From positions 372,001 through 418,047 of the forward strand of contig JASANG010001409.1 of assembly GCA_030248215.1 (NCBI GenBank): a stretch of 46,047 nt of DNA, given 5' to 3'. This document shows positions 24,001 to 37,070 of this stretch, piece after piece. Made by a program: the position numbers and the translations under genes. Below the pieces are notes generated by a model. It had not been told where the DNA came from, made no database searches, and worked only from the letters and a program-made list of their open reading frames with translations. The DNA is from Enoplolaimus lenunculus (Eukaryota). The stretch's first letter is position 1. Every line of letters begins with the position of its first letter.

Positions 24001-24297
24001 CTATAGTGACCCATATAAAGAGGGTGGTGATAAGAATGGGGTTCCCATTTTGAGTCTCAATCAATAGGAATCCATATTCCTAATAAGAGCCCGTTAGCGG
24101 ATGTTGTCAATAAACCCTAATTAGAGTCCATAAATGTCAGTTGTCTAGAACATAAATAACCGGATATATATCAGCAGCGAAGGGTGGTTGAGAGTGACTT
24201 AAAAATAAATAACAGTCCGTAACCAAATAACAGGAGGGAGTTCCCTCTAGAGAAGCCAAATAAATATCAGTGCTCCCTCTTATTCGTGTCACAACAG
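24001..24297. mobile_element. Tc1/pogo-like MITE with TA TSD. Longer copy at 42592-43029, fragments at 22336-~22715
   Basis: TA|ctatagtgacccatataaag ... ctcttattcgtgtcacaacag|TA. Confidence 0.75.
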
Positions 24298-24862
24298 TAG
24301 CTACTGCATACCGACACCACACACAAAAAAGTATTTCTGAATTTATCCAGGAAACTATTTTGTGTGGCAAATCTGAAAAGTTTTTTTGATATTTAAGACA
24401 ATTTTTTCTAAAATAACTGGAAAACGTTTATTTTCAGACTTTATTTCACAACTCTTTTGAAAACTTTTCGGTTATAACAGAAATACTTTTCAAGTGCACC
24501 TTGCTAATTATATTTCTTAAATGTAAGAAATTTTTCCTTAAATATCAGAAATATTACTTTGAGTGCATTTTATAGTTACACAGTTAATTTAGTGATAGCC
24601 AGACGCATAGTCAAGTATTCATTTCGGGATGATATAACCTTATTTTTGGATCCTACAATTTGCCAGGTTATTTCTTAAACCTATACAGTGCCTTATTATT
24701 TTCTATCTAGAAGTTTTGATTAAATGACCCTTGAATCATTATTATCCCTAACGATCAGTAAGAATTTTTCTTCTATTGATCAACACGATCGGATAATAAA
24801 ATTTTGCTAAACCTAATATTAAATTAAAATAAACTCGTTTTGGTTGTAAATACAATGACTTA

Positions 24863-25197
24863 CAAGAGTGCAGGATACTCTGAACAAGAGTATGCAACTA
24901 CCGAAATTTGTGTGGTGCAAAATGTACCACCCGGTGTTGTGTTTTTGGCCGACACCCTCGTATTTGGGGGGAGTTGATGTTTGAAACATAGAATCCCCGT
25001 GGTTTTAAAATGATAAACGCAAATTTAGAGCTGCAATATTTCAATGTGTAAAAATGAAAAAATTGTCAAACTTGACCTCCCGCCCCTTAACTAACAGGGG
25101 GCAGGCCAAAAACGCAACGCGCGACAGTTACATTCTTTTGTACACAGAATATACCCAGTTGTATACTCTTGTTATAAAAAGTGATCATCCACTCTTG
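24863..25197. mobile_element. Long-TIR MITE, same family as 9792-10129
   Basis: Shared core gagttgatgtttgaaac.tagaatcc...aaattgtcaaacttgacc and inverted arms. Confidence 0.75.
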
Positions 25198-25400
25198 CGT
25201 ATACCTATTAACTCCGTCCATTAGCACATTTTTTTGTTGACCATACTTTCTTACTCTCAAAAACTTTGTAAAAAATATATACTTTAACGCCATAAAAACC
25301 ATTTGTTATAATGGAAAAATTTTCAATTACTATCTTCAATGTTCATTTCAGCTTCCTGGTTTAAAATTACCTCATCTGACGAGTCTCTTATCAGTCATTT

Positions 25401-25595
25401 GGTCCATGTTACTTTAAGAGGCGTCCAGGTTTCTGGTGGGTCTATAAAAGAGTTGTTTTACATTCTAGATTACTTTTTTTTGCTTAGGCTTGCTTAGGCT
25501 TAGGCTTACGAACTCATTTTTGCAACGCTTATGCATAGGCTTAGGCTTAGGAATACGCTTAATCTACTGTTACGCACCGTAAAGTAACATTGGCC
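25401..25595 (+). mobile_element. TTAGGC-MITE, subfamily B
   Basis: ggtccatgttactttaagaggcgt ... aaagtaacattggcc. TSD agtcattt/agtgattt. Confidence 0.92.
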
Positions 25596-25901
25596 AGTGA
25601 TTTTAACAGCGTTCTTGTTTTTTTTCTTCTAATTTTCTAACGCAAATAAGGTCGTATAAAGAGGCAAGAAGTGTTTTTTAATTGTCTAATTCAATTTAGC
25701 GTTCCACTTTCTAGACAATGGTGAATTGGTTTTGAGTCTAGAACTAGAGAAGATGTTTGGTACTTTAGTTGAAGGGTCTGGCTAAAATAATTTCGGGCAA
25801 GTAAACCGTGTGCATGATGGTTTCGCGGCGTATTCATATTATACTTATCTTGTAGTACCAAACTTACGGTATATAGAGCCATTGTAGCGAAAAGCATGCA
25901 T

Positions 25902-25974
25902 GGATGCGTAGCTCAGTGGTTAGAGCAGCGGACCGGTAATCCGTATGTCGTGGGTTCGAGCCCCACCGCATACG
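25902..25974 (+). tRNA. tRNA-like 73-mer with anticodon position GGT (Thr-like), most likely the head of a tRNA-derived SINE extending to ~26365
   Basis: A box tagctcagtggtt and B box gggttcgagccc. Anticodon stem gcgga/tccgt with loop ccggtaa (C at position 33). One acceptor-stem mismatch and no oligo-T terminator directly downstream. Confidence 0.65.
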
Positions 25975-26133
25975 CAGCAAAGGTTTCGTGAAGGGCTGTG
26001 GTACTGCTTAACTTTAGAATACGGAGAGGGTGCGAGTAGGAACGAACCCCAATCTACATTTATTGCTGTCGTGTAAAGACGCGACGGTATTGAACGACAT
26101 ACAACGGGTGGGCGATTCCAGGTCATGAACCCT

Positions 26134-26349
26134 GACCCATGTCAAGATCAGGGGTGGAACATTTTCCTGTGGGACTAGAATAGAATAAGCTTAAGCTTTA
26201 GACTAATTTTTTACTTGGCTTAGGTTTAATCTTAGGTTTAGGTTTATGAATAACTCATTCATACGCTTAGGCTAAAGCAGGCTTAGGCTTAGGCTTAGGC
26301 TTAGGAATAAGCTTATAATAGTGTTCCGTCACTGTTCGCTACATTGGCC
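26134..26349 (+). mobile_element. TTAGGC-MITE, subfamily A, inserted near the 3' end of the putative SINE
   Basis: TIRs intact. TSD tgaaccct/agaaccct. Confidence 0.92.
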
Positions 26350-26634
26350 AGAACCCTCTAAGTAAGTTTATGTACCGGTTGCCAGTAATCTAAATTTTTG
26401 CCAAACTACTGAACAAGCTCGAGACACTGAGACAGCTTTTGTTGGTAAATATTTTGGTGGGTGGCATTGTGTTACATGTTATGTTGTGCCCAGTTTGATA
26501 ATACCAAACAAATATGCCCCATTAAGACAGACCAAAAACGTAATAAATACCAGCCAGTGAAAAAATTTGCTAAATCACAAATTTCCAAAGGCTTAAAAGT
26601 AAGTCTCAGCCGTTAGCTTTTGTCTGTGATGTAC

Positions 26635-26806
26635 CAAGCCCACAGTCAGATCACCTTGCTACGAAGGCTAACAGCGTTTTCATCAGGGCAGCCATACAAG
26701 GGACTTACAAGCAAGATTAAAAATGTTCTACGTAATGCCAAAATTGATCCGAGGGGAGAGGGCTGAGCAGAGCCCCCCCACTGGCTTCATCTTGGCTGGT
26801 GGCCCG
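26635..26806 (+). mobile_element. hAT-like MITE
   Basis: Family core present. Perfect 8-bp TSD tgatgtac (26627-26634 and 26807-26814). Confidence 0.85.
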
Positions 26807-28336
26807 TGATGTACAGTAAAAAACACAAGAAACAAAAAGAACGACAATGAAAAATAGATTTCGGTCAGAGTATTTGGATTGTACTGCAAAGTTCGTGAGC
26901 GTTGCTCATTATAAAAATTGGTTATTTGTGATACAAAATTATTGTCTAACATAAACAACCCTATATTACTGTTTTAATGATTTAAAATAACGGGTCATGG
27001 GTGTATACGGCCGTAATAACGGCACGGGCGGAGTTACACACACACACATATATATATTTATATATATATATATTTATATATATATATTTCAATTAATTAT
27101 AGGAAACTTTGTCTTTAAAAAATGTTTTGTCAAAATTAGTATTTCTGTACCTAGTTTAAATTTGGTTACTAAATTGTTCCTGACGTGTTTTCGAATAACT
27201 TAATGATGACATGGCTGAAAATTCTCTTGGACTATTTTTTGGCAAGTTTTCTAAAAAGTCAAACAGTAATTCGGTGATGGAAACTATTTCAAATTCCGGT
27301 TCCTGTTCCTGTTTCGGTTCCTGCATAATAATTTAATTCCTCTTCCTGTTCCGGTTGCGGCCTAATTTAGTTCCTGTTAGAACCCGAGATTTGCACCTCC
27401 AAGAACTTCAGGTTGCGGCCAGTGCTACCGTCACCGTTGTAAAAACTGATCCATGTAGTACCACAAACAAAAGGTTACAAATTAGAAAACGAATATCAAT
27501 ATTTTTCGGGTTTATTAAAATATCATTTTTCAAAAAAATGGAAAAAATTAAATTTTTCAAACTGAAATTCAAAATATTGGTAAACTCTGGCAAAAAGTCA
27601 AAGGTTGTTGATGATTGGTTTAAGTTTCAGTCCAAGGTATGATTTGTATTTTCTGTTCGACGCCTATATGGGACATAACTTCCATATCCGGGCAATTTGT
27701 TTGGTGAAGTCGAAGCTGTACTGGTTTAGAATAATTTTCGAATTGATACATGTAGTATGGTTGATAAAAAGGTCGAAAAAATACATCTCAACTCATTTTT
27801 TCTTACATCCATTCTATTGGTAATTAATTGAAATTGCTGTATTGTTTTACCCATGGCTACGAGTCACGCTATGATTATTAATATTTGAATTAAAACTATT
27901 ATTTCTGTTATAATATGGTTTTAGTTTAATGGCCTACACCAAAAATTGGTGTGCTTATGGGTTTCAGTTTCACCTGGTTTACTTCTATAGCGGCAACTGC
28001 CTGCGGCAGGTTGTATTTAACGCAAATACCAGTTTTTTTGCTGTTTTAAATGAACCGGTTTGAAGCCGGACAGCGATCCTGCGGTTTTGTAACAGGCATT
28101 TGGCGGCCGAAAATGTTAGTGTGCAAATTGTTAATGACAAGCTTGTATTGGGTTAATAAACATTGAAGATTTAACCTTTTCTCACATAAATATTTTCTAT
28201 TTCATCTGAGAAACTAAACTTTATGCCGAGATTCGAACTCAGAATCTTGACTTCGAGGCGTTTAATATCGTCATTCATCTGTATGAGTTTGTCGCTTGAG
28301 CCGATGAGGCTTCCATTGCCCTGTGAAGATTTTGTG

Positions 28337-28549
28337 CACTGCAAAAAATGGTGAGCCAAATTGACTCTTTCCGAAACTTGCTTTTCGGGATTAAACAAAC
28401 TGATTTATATTCGAGTCCGCCAGAGTCAAACGTGCTACACTCAGTGAGTCGAATATGACTCTGGTGGAGACGAATTTGACTCAATTTATGTAGTTTCGAA
28501 AAGCCTATTTCGGAGACAGTCAATTTGACTCACCATTTTTTTTGCAGTG
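28337..28549. mobile_element. CACTG-terminal MITE, second family. Partial copies at ~18601-18730 and 18895-~19040
   Basis: About 55-bp TIRs cactgcaaaaaatggtgagccaaattgactc / gtcaatttgactcaccattttttttgcagtg. Confidence 0.8.
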
Positions 28550-30071
28550 TATTACATTGTAATTGTTTAGCATTATGTGCTATGCAATATTTCATGAATA
28601 CTCATCGCGATCAGTTGCTTGTGACAAGAGGTTTATGAGTACAAATGAATTTAACAGTAAAAGTATCATCCTTTTCCTGAAACTTCTAAATCACTTGTGC
28701 TTGTATCCGAGTGGGACATTACCCGAGAGAACCCGCGCTTTACCCACCACTCCTGCTGGTATTTTGGCCGCTTTGTGACATTAGATTGCACATTGTGAAA
28801 GCGGGATAAAATATGTTAGTCGAGCTTGTGTTGCAATAGCACAGTAACATTTGCCTTCACTGGTTCAAAAGTTACAAGACCTGTCACCGATTGAAAAGCG
28901 AGCCGTCTACACTCATCTATGATACTTGTCAAAATTACCGGTGGGTACCCGGGATACCCCTCGAAAAACCGGCGACCGGGGCCCCTCATCATCTTGAAAA
29001 TGATATCAAAATAGGTCACAGTCTGTCAAAATGGGAATTTTTGCAAATTAAACAGCGCTCGCTAAAAACGGCGTCAGCGATACGAGCGAAATGCCAAACG
29101 CAATTTTAGTACTAAACATTAACGTAAAGCATTGATTTTCTCACCAATGTAAAAGATCAGGTTTGGAGAGTTTTTCTGTGGTACTGCAATAGAGTAAGCA
29201 TAAGCTTTAGACTTAAACCAGTAAGGTTGGTCTTTAACCAGTATTCAGGTTTAGACTACCGGAATCAAGACAGCCCAGTTCAAAACTGCACAGACTGGTG
29301 TTCAGAACATTGAAACACAGATACGCGACAGGCCGTATACTACAAAAGATGATAAGATGACAGCACCTTTCCTACCGCGAATCTCTGAAAATTTTTCCAC
29401 AAAACAACTTACAGAAGTGCAAATACCAACCATCAAATCATAATTTGCGTGTGGATTTTGAAGCCCTTCAGAAGCCCGAACCCTCTCCCCCAGTTCAGAG
29501 ATTGGGGCTCCGGTCCGGTGCCTCTGATACTGTCTCCATGCGTTTGTCGGTATGCTCTTTGTCTGCCTTTTACAGCTCAATTTGTTCGTTTAAAACCGCT
29601 CTATAGCAATCTTTTATTTTTGCCTAAAGCTTTAAAGGCACTATTTCATGAATAATTTATTACGTTATGATGCATCTTTTTCACATCAAAGTTTTCACAG
29701 CAAACTTCTTTAAATTTATCTTGTAGTTGGCAAAATATTATTGTAAGGTATTTTTGACTGCGTACATTACCGTTTCATGACTCGAATACTGATAATATTG
29801 TTTCGGTTGCGATCAACGCGTACCTCTGCGGACGAATTCGAGTGTGGTATCCCTCACGGGTGTTCATGGCCGTGGGTCTACCTAGCGAAGCTACTTGCCG
29901 TGACCAGTTCGGTTCACTAAGAAAATTAAGGGCACAAAACGAATGTGTCCCTGACAATATAACAAAACATCATTGCCGGTCTCAAAGGTGGCGCCGGCCT
30001 TATGGCTTATACCAAAACAGGAATCATAACCAAAATTCATTTTTAGCACTGGCATTTAGCTTCAGGCTCGT

Positions 30072-30200
30072 TTGGGTCGTCAATTTTTTTCTCACGGTTT
30101 CAACTCACGCGTCACCCGCGTTCAGAACATTTGGGATTGGGTCGTCAATTTTTTTCTCACGGTTGTAACTCACGCGTCACCCGCGTTCAGAACATTTGGG
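30072..30200. repeat. Tandem duplication of about 65 bp
   Basis: ttgggtcgtcaatttttt...cacgcgtcacccgcgttcagaacatttggga occurs twice. Confidence 0.85.
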
Positions 30201-30356
30201 AGATCACTTCTAAACCAAGCGCTGCTAATCAAACGCTAACTCTGAGGGTCGAAATGTCTAAACTGAAATTAATAGTTAGTCAACTAAATCTACTAGAGAC
30301 AGATGATTGGTCAAATCTACGCTGCAATTTATAGTGCAAATTTGTAGACGGTTAAT

Positions 30357-31131
30357 GGCTGGGTTTCCGAAATCTTACTTGTGTATTTACTTAACAAATT
30401 ATACTGAAGTAATTACTTAAGTCGGCGACTTAAGGTAAACACTTAACTTTTCGAACAACAACAGATAAATGCCAAATGTGAGACGTTTTCATAACAAGAA
30501 AGCCATAGTTTTGCTTTATATTACGACAGCACCATAAGTCCACAATTTTAGTTAGTCCAAGGTTTTATGTGCAAGAACAGTTAATCTGTAATATATCAAA
30601 TTTATAGTCTGCGACTTAAATGTTTACTTAACTCAAGCAAGCTTTTAAAAACGACAAAGTGGTTAAGTATTGCGGGGTTAACATTATAACTGGGAGAGCC
30701 CAGAACACGGTTTGTCCGATGTTGATTCGACGTCAACACAGAATTTGTTGCATTAAATGATTTCGAACGCTGAAAGCTTCTACGTTTTTGTGCCTGGCAA
30801 AAATTTTCTTAAAATATATTTATGAGTACAATTCAAATTTCAAACTTTAGTATCATATGACACTACAGGACAAACAAACTAGGTTACCACAGCTTTGCAG
30901 ACATTTTTAAACATATCATATGATACTGTAGCACGAACAACAGATGTCACATCACGATAGCAGACAATTCAAATTTTTTGAATTTCATACATCAACTAGC
31001 GGACGCAATGTTTGCCGCTATTGTAATCGGAACAAAACGCGTTCCCCGCTGCCATAGTCATAACGTGAACCCCTCATAATTACTTAGCACTGTACTTAAG
31101 TACACTTAAAAACGGTTTCAAAAAACCAGCC
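30357..31131. mobile_element. Possible Harbinger-like non-autonomous element
   Basis: ggctgggtttccgaaa ... tttcaaaaaaccagcc, flanked by AAT/AAT, with cttaag/acttaa-rich subterminal motifs. Confidence 0.5.
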
Positions 31132-32198
31132 AATGTCGTGGGTTCGCTTTATTTCCCATATTCAAATTTTCAGCTGGCTGGCTAATAAACAAAATGTGAT
31201 ATCCCAGAATGATCTATTTTAAATGTATGAAAGGTTTGCTAAACGATTTATAATTTTAAACTCCGCCCGTTCGTAACACTGACAAATATGTTTTAAACAG
31301 AAAAAATGTTTGTATTTCCAAAAAACACAGGGGTTTTGGTATTATTTCTGACAGCAATTTGCGGCTTAATTTATGACTAACATATAACCTTTAAAATCAC
31401 TCTGTTTTTAGTCAGTTTTTTGGGGGATTTTTGAATTGAGACGTAGCGAAAATTATGATGTTAAAATACGCAAATATAAGAGATTGCGATTCGTATTCTT
31501 AAGCAGCTATTGAACAACGATTACCAGTTAGTGATAGGTTTTCAAACAAGCGAACATTGATGTTTTATAAAATGTCAATTTCAAATAGTTTGCAACGATC
31601 AGGGTCCAACCGGAGGTGAAAAATGCCGGAACCGGGCGTAAGCGAAACTTGCCGGCGCCGGCGCCAGAAATGAGGTGAAATTAGGTAGTAAAAATGATTG
31701 GTTAATTAGTTAATTTTTCGCCAATATCTGCAATATGCCGTTACGTTGTTTGGTTTTAATACGACAATTCACGTCCAAAAACTACAGCGGAACCCTATCT
31801 GCAATCATTAAAAGATCACACAGTAAAGCTGTATGAGAAATCATCTACTTTACTTAATCTTGCTCATTGTTATTTACCACTTTTTGGCTGTTTGACGATT
31901 TTTTGAAGCATTTGAGACGGAATCGTTATCCATACGCAAATAACTCACGTACGATAACGTATGGTACGAACGTTGACAGACGGCGTTATATACGGGAGAC
32001 GGACGGTGTCACGGATGGCTCCGTGCGGGTGACGCACGATGGCTGACGGCGCCGGATGGGGGGTAATCGACGGCGTGGGACGTTAAGTATAGTATAACCA
32101 TAATAGTTTAAGAATATTTACAGAAACTTCAAGCACCTAAAGTGCATCTAAGGTGGTGTAGGGTTCGCGTGACCTCGGTCAGATTTTTACAAACTTAA

Positions 32199-32461
32199 TT
32201 CCTTCTCACATACAGTTGACTATGGGCAACTCAGCGCACTGTATATTCGTTAAATAATATATATCGTACAGTGTTTAACAATTGCAACACGTATACATAG
32301 TACTAAATCACCACAAGACGTGAGAGCCCCCTCGGGCACGGGCGTGAACCTCCTATAGCTGAATGGTGACGGTAAACGCTTCCCACTCCAGTCAGTGGAG
32401 TTCGGATCCTAGCATAAAAGTAGGTCTCAGATGAAATAGAAAATATTCATGTGATAAAGGG
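32199..32461 (+). mobile_element. piggyBac-type MITE with internal tRNA-like segment
   Basis: TTAA|ttccttctcacat ... atgtgataaaggg|CTAA, colinear with 36632-36895. Confidence 0.8.
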
Positions 32462-32899
32462 CTAAACTAACGTATTGAGATTGATTTAAATTTGCGTCTG
32501 GCTAAGCGTTGTCTTCGCTCACGAAATGTTTTCCATTGCAGCCTTTGTTTTGGCTCCAGGTATGCCTAGCCGAGTGACATATACACGCTTCTACACTAGG
32601 TCCCGTCTAAGAGTAAAATCGTGTAATGAAATAGTGTGTCATTTTAGAAGATTTATGCTTTAAATAAGAGAAATTTGTTAAACTGAAAAATTAGTTTCAT
32701 AAAATATGTAAATTTCAACTGTTGTTTTGTCAAATAATAAGAAATTAAGGCATATTTCAATTAGCTGTCCGTCTGTAAACATCGTGTTCCAGTAGCACAA
32801 AACCCATTTTGCAAGCACCTGGAGTTTGGTTATTTTTAAAATTTAAAATTTGTAATATATATGAACGATAGGAATTAAATTAATAGAGGTATTAGTACA

Positions 32900-33068
32900 C
32901 AGGCCTGTACACAGCTAACCTTGTTTGAGGGTGGGACTAAAAACCTGTTCAGGAGGGACTTAAAAAAGTTTTCGTTGACTTACAAGCGAAATTGAATATT
33001 TTCCAGGGGCGGTCAAAACATTTTCAGGGGGGTTAAGCCCCCCCTGGCTCCCCTTGGCTACAGATTCG
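32900..33068 (+). mobile_element. hAT-like MITE. Further copies at 38517-~38656, ~43370-43527 and ~5880-6000
   Basis: caggcctgtacacagct ... ttggctacagattcg, with the family core. Confidence 0.75.
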
Positions 33069-33993
33069 CAAGTTTCAAAGATCTTAAGAAATTTAGCGTA
33101 AATACAGTGAGAACGTAAACTCTAAATTGAAACACCTTTTAATCACTAAAAAAATTTAAATCTGTTTTGAAATTAAATGTCAGCTTAGACCATTTGATTC
33201 GCCTACAATCAGTATTATTACTGCTTAATACGTGTGTGGTTCTTTTCAAACCAAAATCTTGGCTTGGCCTTTGACTTAAACAACCAGTGCGAGTGGTTTT
33301 CTTCAAATGAATAATCATGAACCAAATCCTAAGCCTAAACCTATTCCACGTGGTCGGAAGCGTGCAAAAGCGTATAAACAAAATAGATGCAGCAGTTGTG
33401 AGCGATTTCAAAGTTGGTTCGCCACTGAACCAAATTCAGATTTAGTTGAAGCGAGCACAGAAATATTTAGTTTTGTAATATTTTAATTCGACTAATATTT
33501 AGTTTTAAGCTCTATTCACACGTGCAAGTTTTTGCTGCGATAACTTGTGCAGCTGCAAATTGCGCGCAGAACTCGGCATTTTTTCATCAGCCAATGAGAA
33601 AGCGGCTGCAATAAATTCAGTGAACTTGCGTGGTTATTCACACATGTGAACTAAATTCCTAGCTGTGATTTTTAATGAATTATTTGCAGCTGCAAGTTTT
33701 TCGAACGGCGATTTTGGATAAAACTTACAAGTGTAAGTTACAACAGAAGCCAAAACCTCAACATAAGCGTAAACCTAAGTATAAACCTAACCATGAACCT
33801 ATTAAGCATGGGATTTTGTAATGATATGAATACTGTTTGGGGAATATTCGGATCATTGTAAACATCCCTGCCTAAGTGAAGACTTGAATTAGTTCTATAA
33901 GAGGGAAGATTTTAATCGATACTATCCGAGTAACTTTAGCCATATTTTTCAAGTAGTTTGCCTTTCAGCTCTGAAAATTGTACGTTATACTAA

Positions 33994-34507
33994 AGGTTGC
34001 GCTATACTTTCTGCGGCTCATGTATAGAATAGAACCGAAACAGTAGTATAAGCACATTCCTAAGCCTAAGCCTAAGCCTAAGCCTAAGCGTATGGATGAG
34101 CCTATTCCTAAGCCTAAGCCTAAACCTAAGCATAAGCAAAAAATTAGTCTAAAGCTTACACGGACTCCGTTATAGTCCCTCCAGAAAACGATCCGGCACC
34201 GTTCTATACAAGGGCAGTTTCTGCGTGCCGCTATGCGTTGCTAACAATAATGTAGGCTAAATCTATTTGGTTGCGTGCGATAATTCTTAATAAATAAATT
34301 TTATCGTACCGAGCAACGGCATCCGGCGGCGCTACAAGGCATCCGGCGACGCTATGAGGCATCCGGCGGCGCTACGAGCCATCCGGCGGCGGTACGAGGC
34401 ATCCGGCGGCGCTACAAATTCATCCGGCGGCGCTACGATGCATCCGGCGGCGCTACGAGGCATCCGGCAGCGCTACGAGGCATCCGGCGGCGAGCATAGC
34501 ACAACTA
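33994..34507 (+). mobile_element. PIF/Harbinger-like MITE with a 20-bp minisatellite (34319-34492), interrupted by a TTAGGC-MITE C (34015-34216)
   Basis: TAA|aggttgcgctatac ... gcatagcacaacta|TAA. Unit gcatccggcggcgctacgag about 9 times. Inner TSD ctttctgc/gtttctgc. Confidence 0.78.
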
Positions 34508-34792
34508 TAACTTCACACAATTTCGTTAGTTGTTCCTTGCAAACGTGTCAGTAATAAATTTGATGTTGAGTGGATTTTCGTGAAAATTTAGGCCCTAAAA
34601 AGGCATTTGCCTAAAAAGGAATTTGGTTTGTGGAAATGCCACAGCAAATGTATAAGTATTTGTAGTTTGAACCTTTATCTGTTGGGTTTTCTGCTAAAAC
34701 ATATTTACGAACCAGAATAAATTTGGTCGAAATCGTTGGGGCAACGGCCCTTTGGCCCCCGTATGCACGTAATTTAGAGGTATACAACTTTC

Positions 34793-35008
34793 GGCCCATG
34801 TAAAGATCAGGGTTCGGAACGTTTTTCTGTGGGACTGCAATCGAGTAAACTTAAGCGTTTGACTGATTTTTTTACTTGGCTTAGGCATAGGTTTAGGCGT
34901 ACGCTTAGGAATAAACTTATTCTTACGCTTAGACTTAGCCATAGGCTTAGGCTTAACCTTAAGAATATGCTTATACCTACTGTACCGCCCCGGTTCTTCA
35001 CATTGGCC
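34793..35008 (+). mobile_element. TTAGGC-MITE, subfamily A
   Basis: ggcccatgtaaagatcagggttcggaac ... ttcttcacattggcc. TSD caactttc/ctacattc. Confidence 0.9.
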
Positions 35009-35976
35009 CTACATTCTAATAATTATAGGCTTGACCGTATTGTAAGTTTAGAAACAAATTTGATACGTTACAAAATACCGTTTGCGAGAATTATTTCAAC
35101 AAAAACATACATTATTCGGGTCTAAAGACCGGATTTGACCAGAGGCGTAAATATGGTTTCATTTAGTAAAGGTATACTTAGATCGCTTATGGAAGGTATC
35201 CCACGTATGCAAATGTTGATCTGGCTGTGTAACGAGTGTTAAAGCATTCTTGACCTGTAACATTCATGTTGCCCTAACGCCTGTTAAAGGGAATGGTTCG
35301 CTGCCATTTTTTGTAATTTAAAACGGGGATTAGGCATTTGATCCCCATGGTACATAATCTTTGATTTGACTCACAAAGCAAGTAGCATAGTATACCCACA
35401 GTCCGTTGAAATGATTTTTAAATTAATATTAATATTAAGCTGAACGAAACGTTCAAAAAACATTGAATGAGCATATTCCTAAGCCTAATCTTGAACCTAA
35501 ACAAAAAAAATTTGTCTAAAGCTTAAACTGGCTGTGTTATATCGCCTTCGGAAAACGATCCGGCCCTGTTCATGGACCGAGTTTCAAATACATCATGTTT
35601 CTCTGAGCACTATAAATTACGATAAAGATTAAAAACACTACTACAAGCGATTAGGTTTAGAATTAATTTACGCCACCCTGGGCATGGGTGCCTTGTGCTA
35701 TACCAAAATTGGTTTTACACGTTGGATTAACGGCAATTAATTGTGTTGCAACGTTAATTAGGTTAACGTTTTCGACAAGGGCGTGTAGCCAGGGACTATA
35801 TTTCGAGGGGGGGGGGTGGGTATCACTGTCAGGTAAACGATTTTTTTGTCAATCAAGCATAGCGAACGAACGAGATACCAGCAATTTTGTCGTTCACCAG
35901 ACGGCACGCGTCTATATTTTATCTCCAGTTGGAGTTGTTGTATCTGGTTTAACCCTACGTTTCGGGTACTGGTTAC

Positions 35977-36186
35977 GGTTCATGTATAGAACAGGGCCGG
36001 ATCGTTTTCCGACGGGGCTGTAATACAGTCAGTTTAAGCTTTAGACTAACCTTTTTGCTTAGGCTTAAGCTTAGGCTCTTAGGCTTAGGCGTAGGAATAG
36101 GCTCATCCTTACGTTTAGGCTTAGGCTTAGGCTTAGGCTTAGGAATATGCTTAAATAGTGTTCCGCTCCTGTTCTTTACACTGGTC
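35977..36186 (+). mobile_element. TTAGGC-MITE with a subfamily C left arm and an A-like right end
   Basis: Perfect TSD ctggttac (35969-35976 and 36187-36194). Confidence 0.93.
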
Positions 36187-36631
36187 CTGGTTACCAAGAA
36201 TTAAGTGTCACTGACGTTTCGTCGCTGGCGGTGCCGGCTTTGTTCTTTAATTGCTTTTAGCACTTTTGTTTATTAAAACATTTTATAAGGCCACCCCCGT
36301 GTGGTTCATTAGGCAACGCTTATTAGGTTGTAATCTGGTGTTTAGGCAAATAGGGGGGGTAAGATACGTAGAACCTTTTTTATATCTGTCGGGTATCAAA
36401 TATGTGATTTCTACCATTTCTTAGCGTGATCAGATATTTTCGGTACAGGCTCATGAAACCAAATTGGCAAAGCGAATTCGAAATGTATTTTCTACTGCAG
36501 ACCTCTGCGAATTCGTTAACCGTGGCTTGCTAGCACGCGCTGATCCATAATATTCTGTAAACAATTTAAGGGTGCCAAGCGGTAACGGGACACTTTAAAG
36601 TGTGATTTTAGTAGTGTTCTCCATAATTTAA

Positions 36632-36895
36632 CCCATTCTCACATTGAGTTGTCTGTAGGCAACTCAGCGCAGTGTATATACGTTAAATAGTATATATCGC
36701 ACCGTGTTTAACAATTGCAACACGTATACATAGTACTAAATCACCGCAAGACGTGAGAGCCCCCTCGGGCTCGAGCGTCAAGCTACTATAGCTGAGTGGT
36801 GATGGCATACGCCTCCCACTCCAGCCACTGGGGGTTTGAATCCTAGCATAATAGTAGGTCTCAGGGGAAATAGAAAATATTCATGTGAGAAAGGG
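36632..36895 (+). mobile_element. Complete piggyBac-type MITE (264 bp) with internal tRNA-like segment
   Basis: TTAA|cccattctcacat ... atgtgagaaaggg|TTAA. Confidence 0.88.
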
Positions 36896-37070
36896 TTAAT
36901 ATAATTTATAGGATTTTCTAACTGTTCAGTGCAACATTTTTCCTTGGTTTCATTTTACTCGCCGGTTCGAGGGTGGACGATAGAAGGGAGTTTTTGGCAC
37001 CGGTGGGTTCAGGCACAATGTTTTTAGTCTAAAATATGAAAAGGTTACATTTATTGTTGATACATTAATT

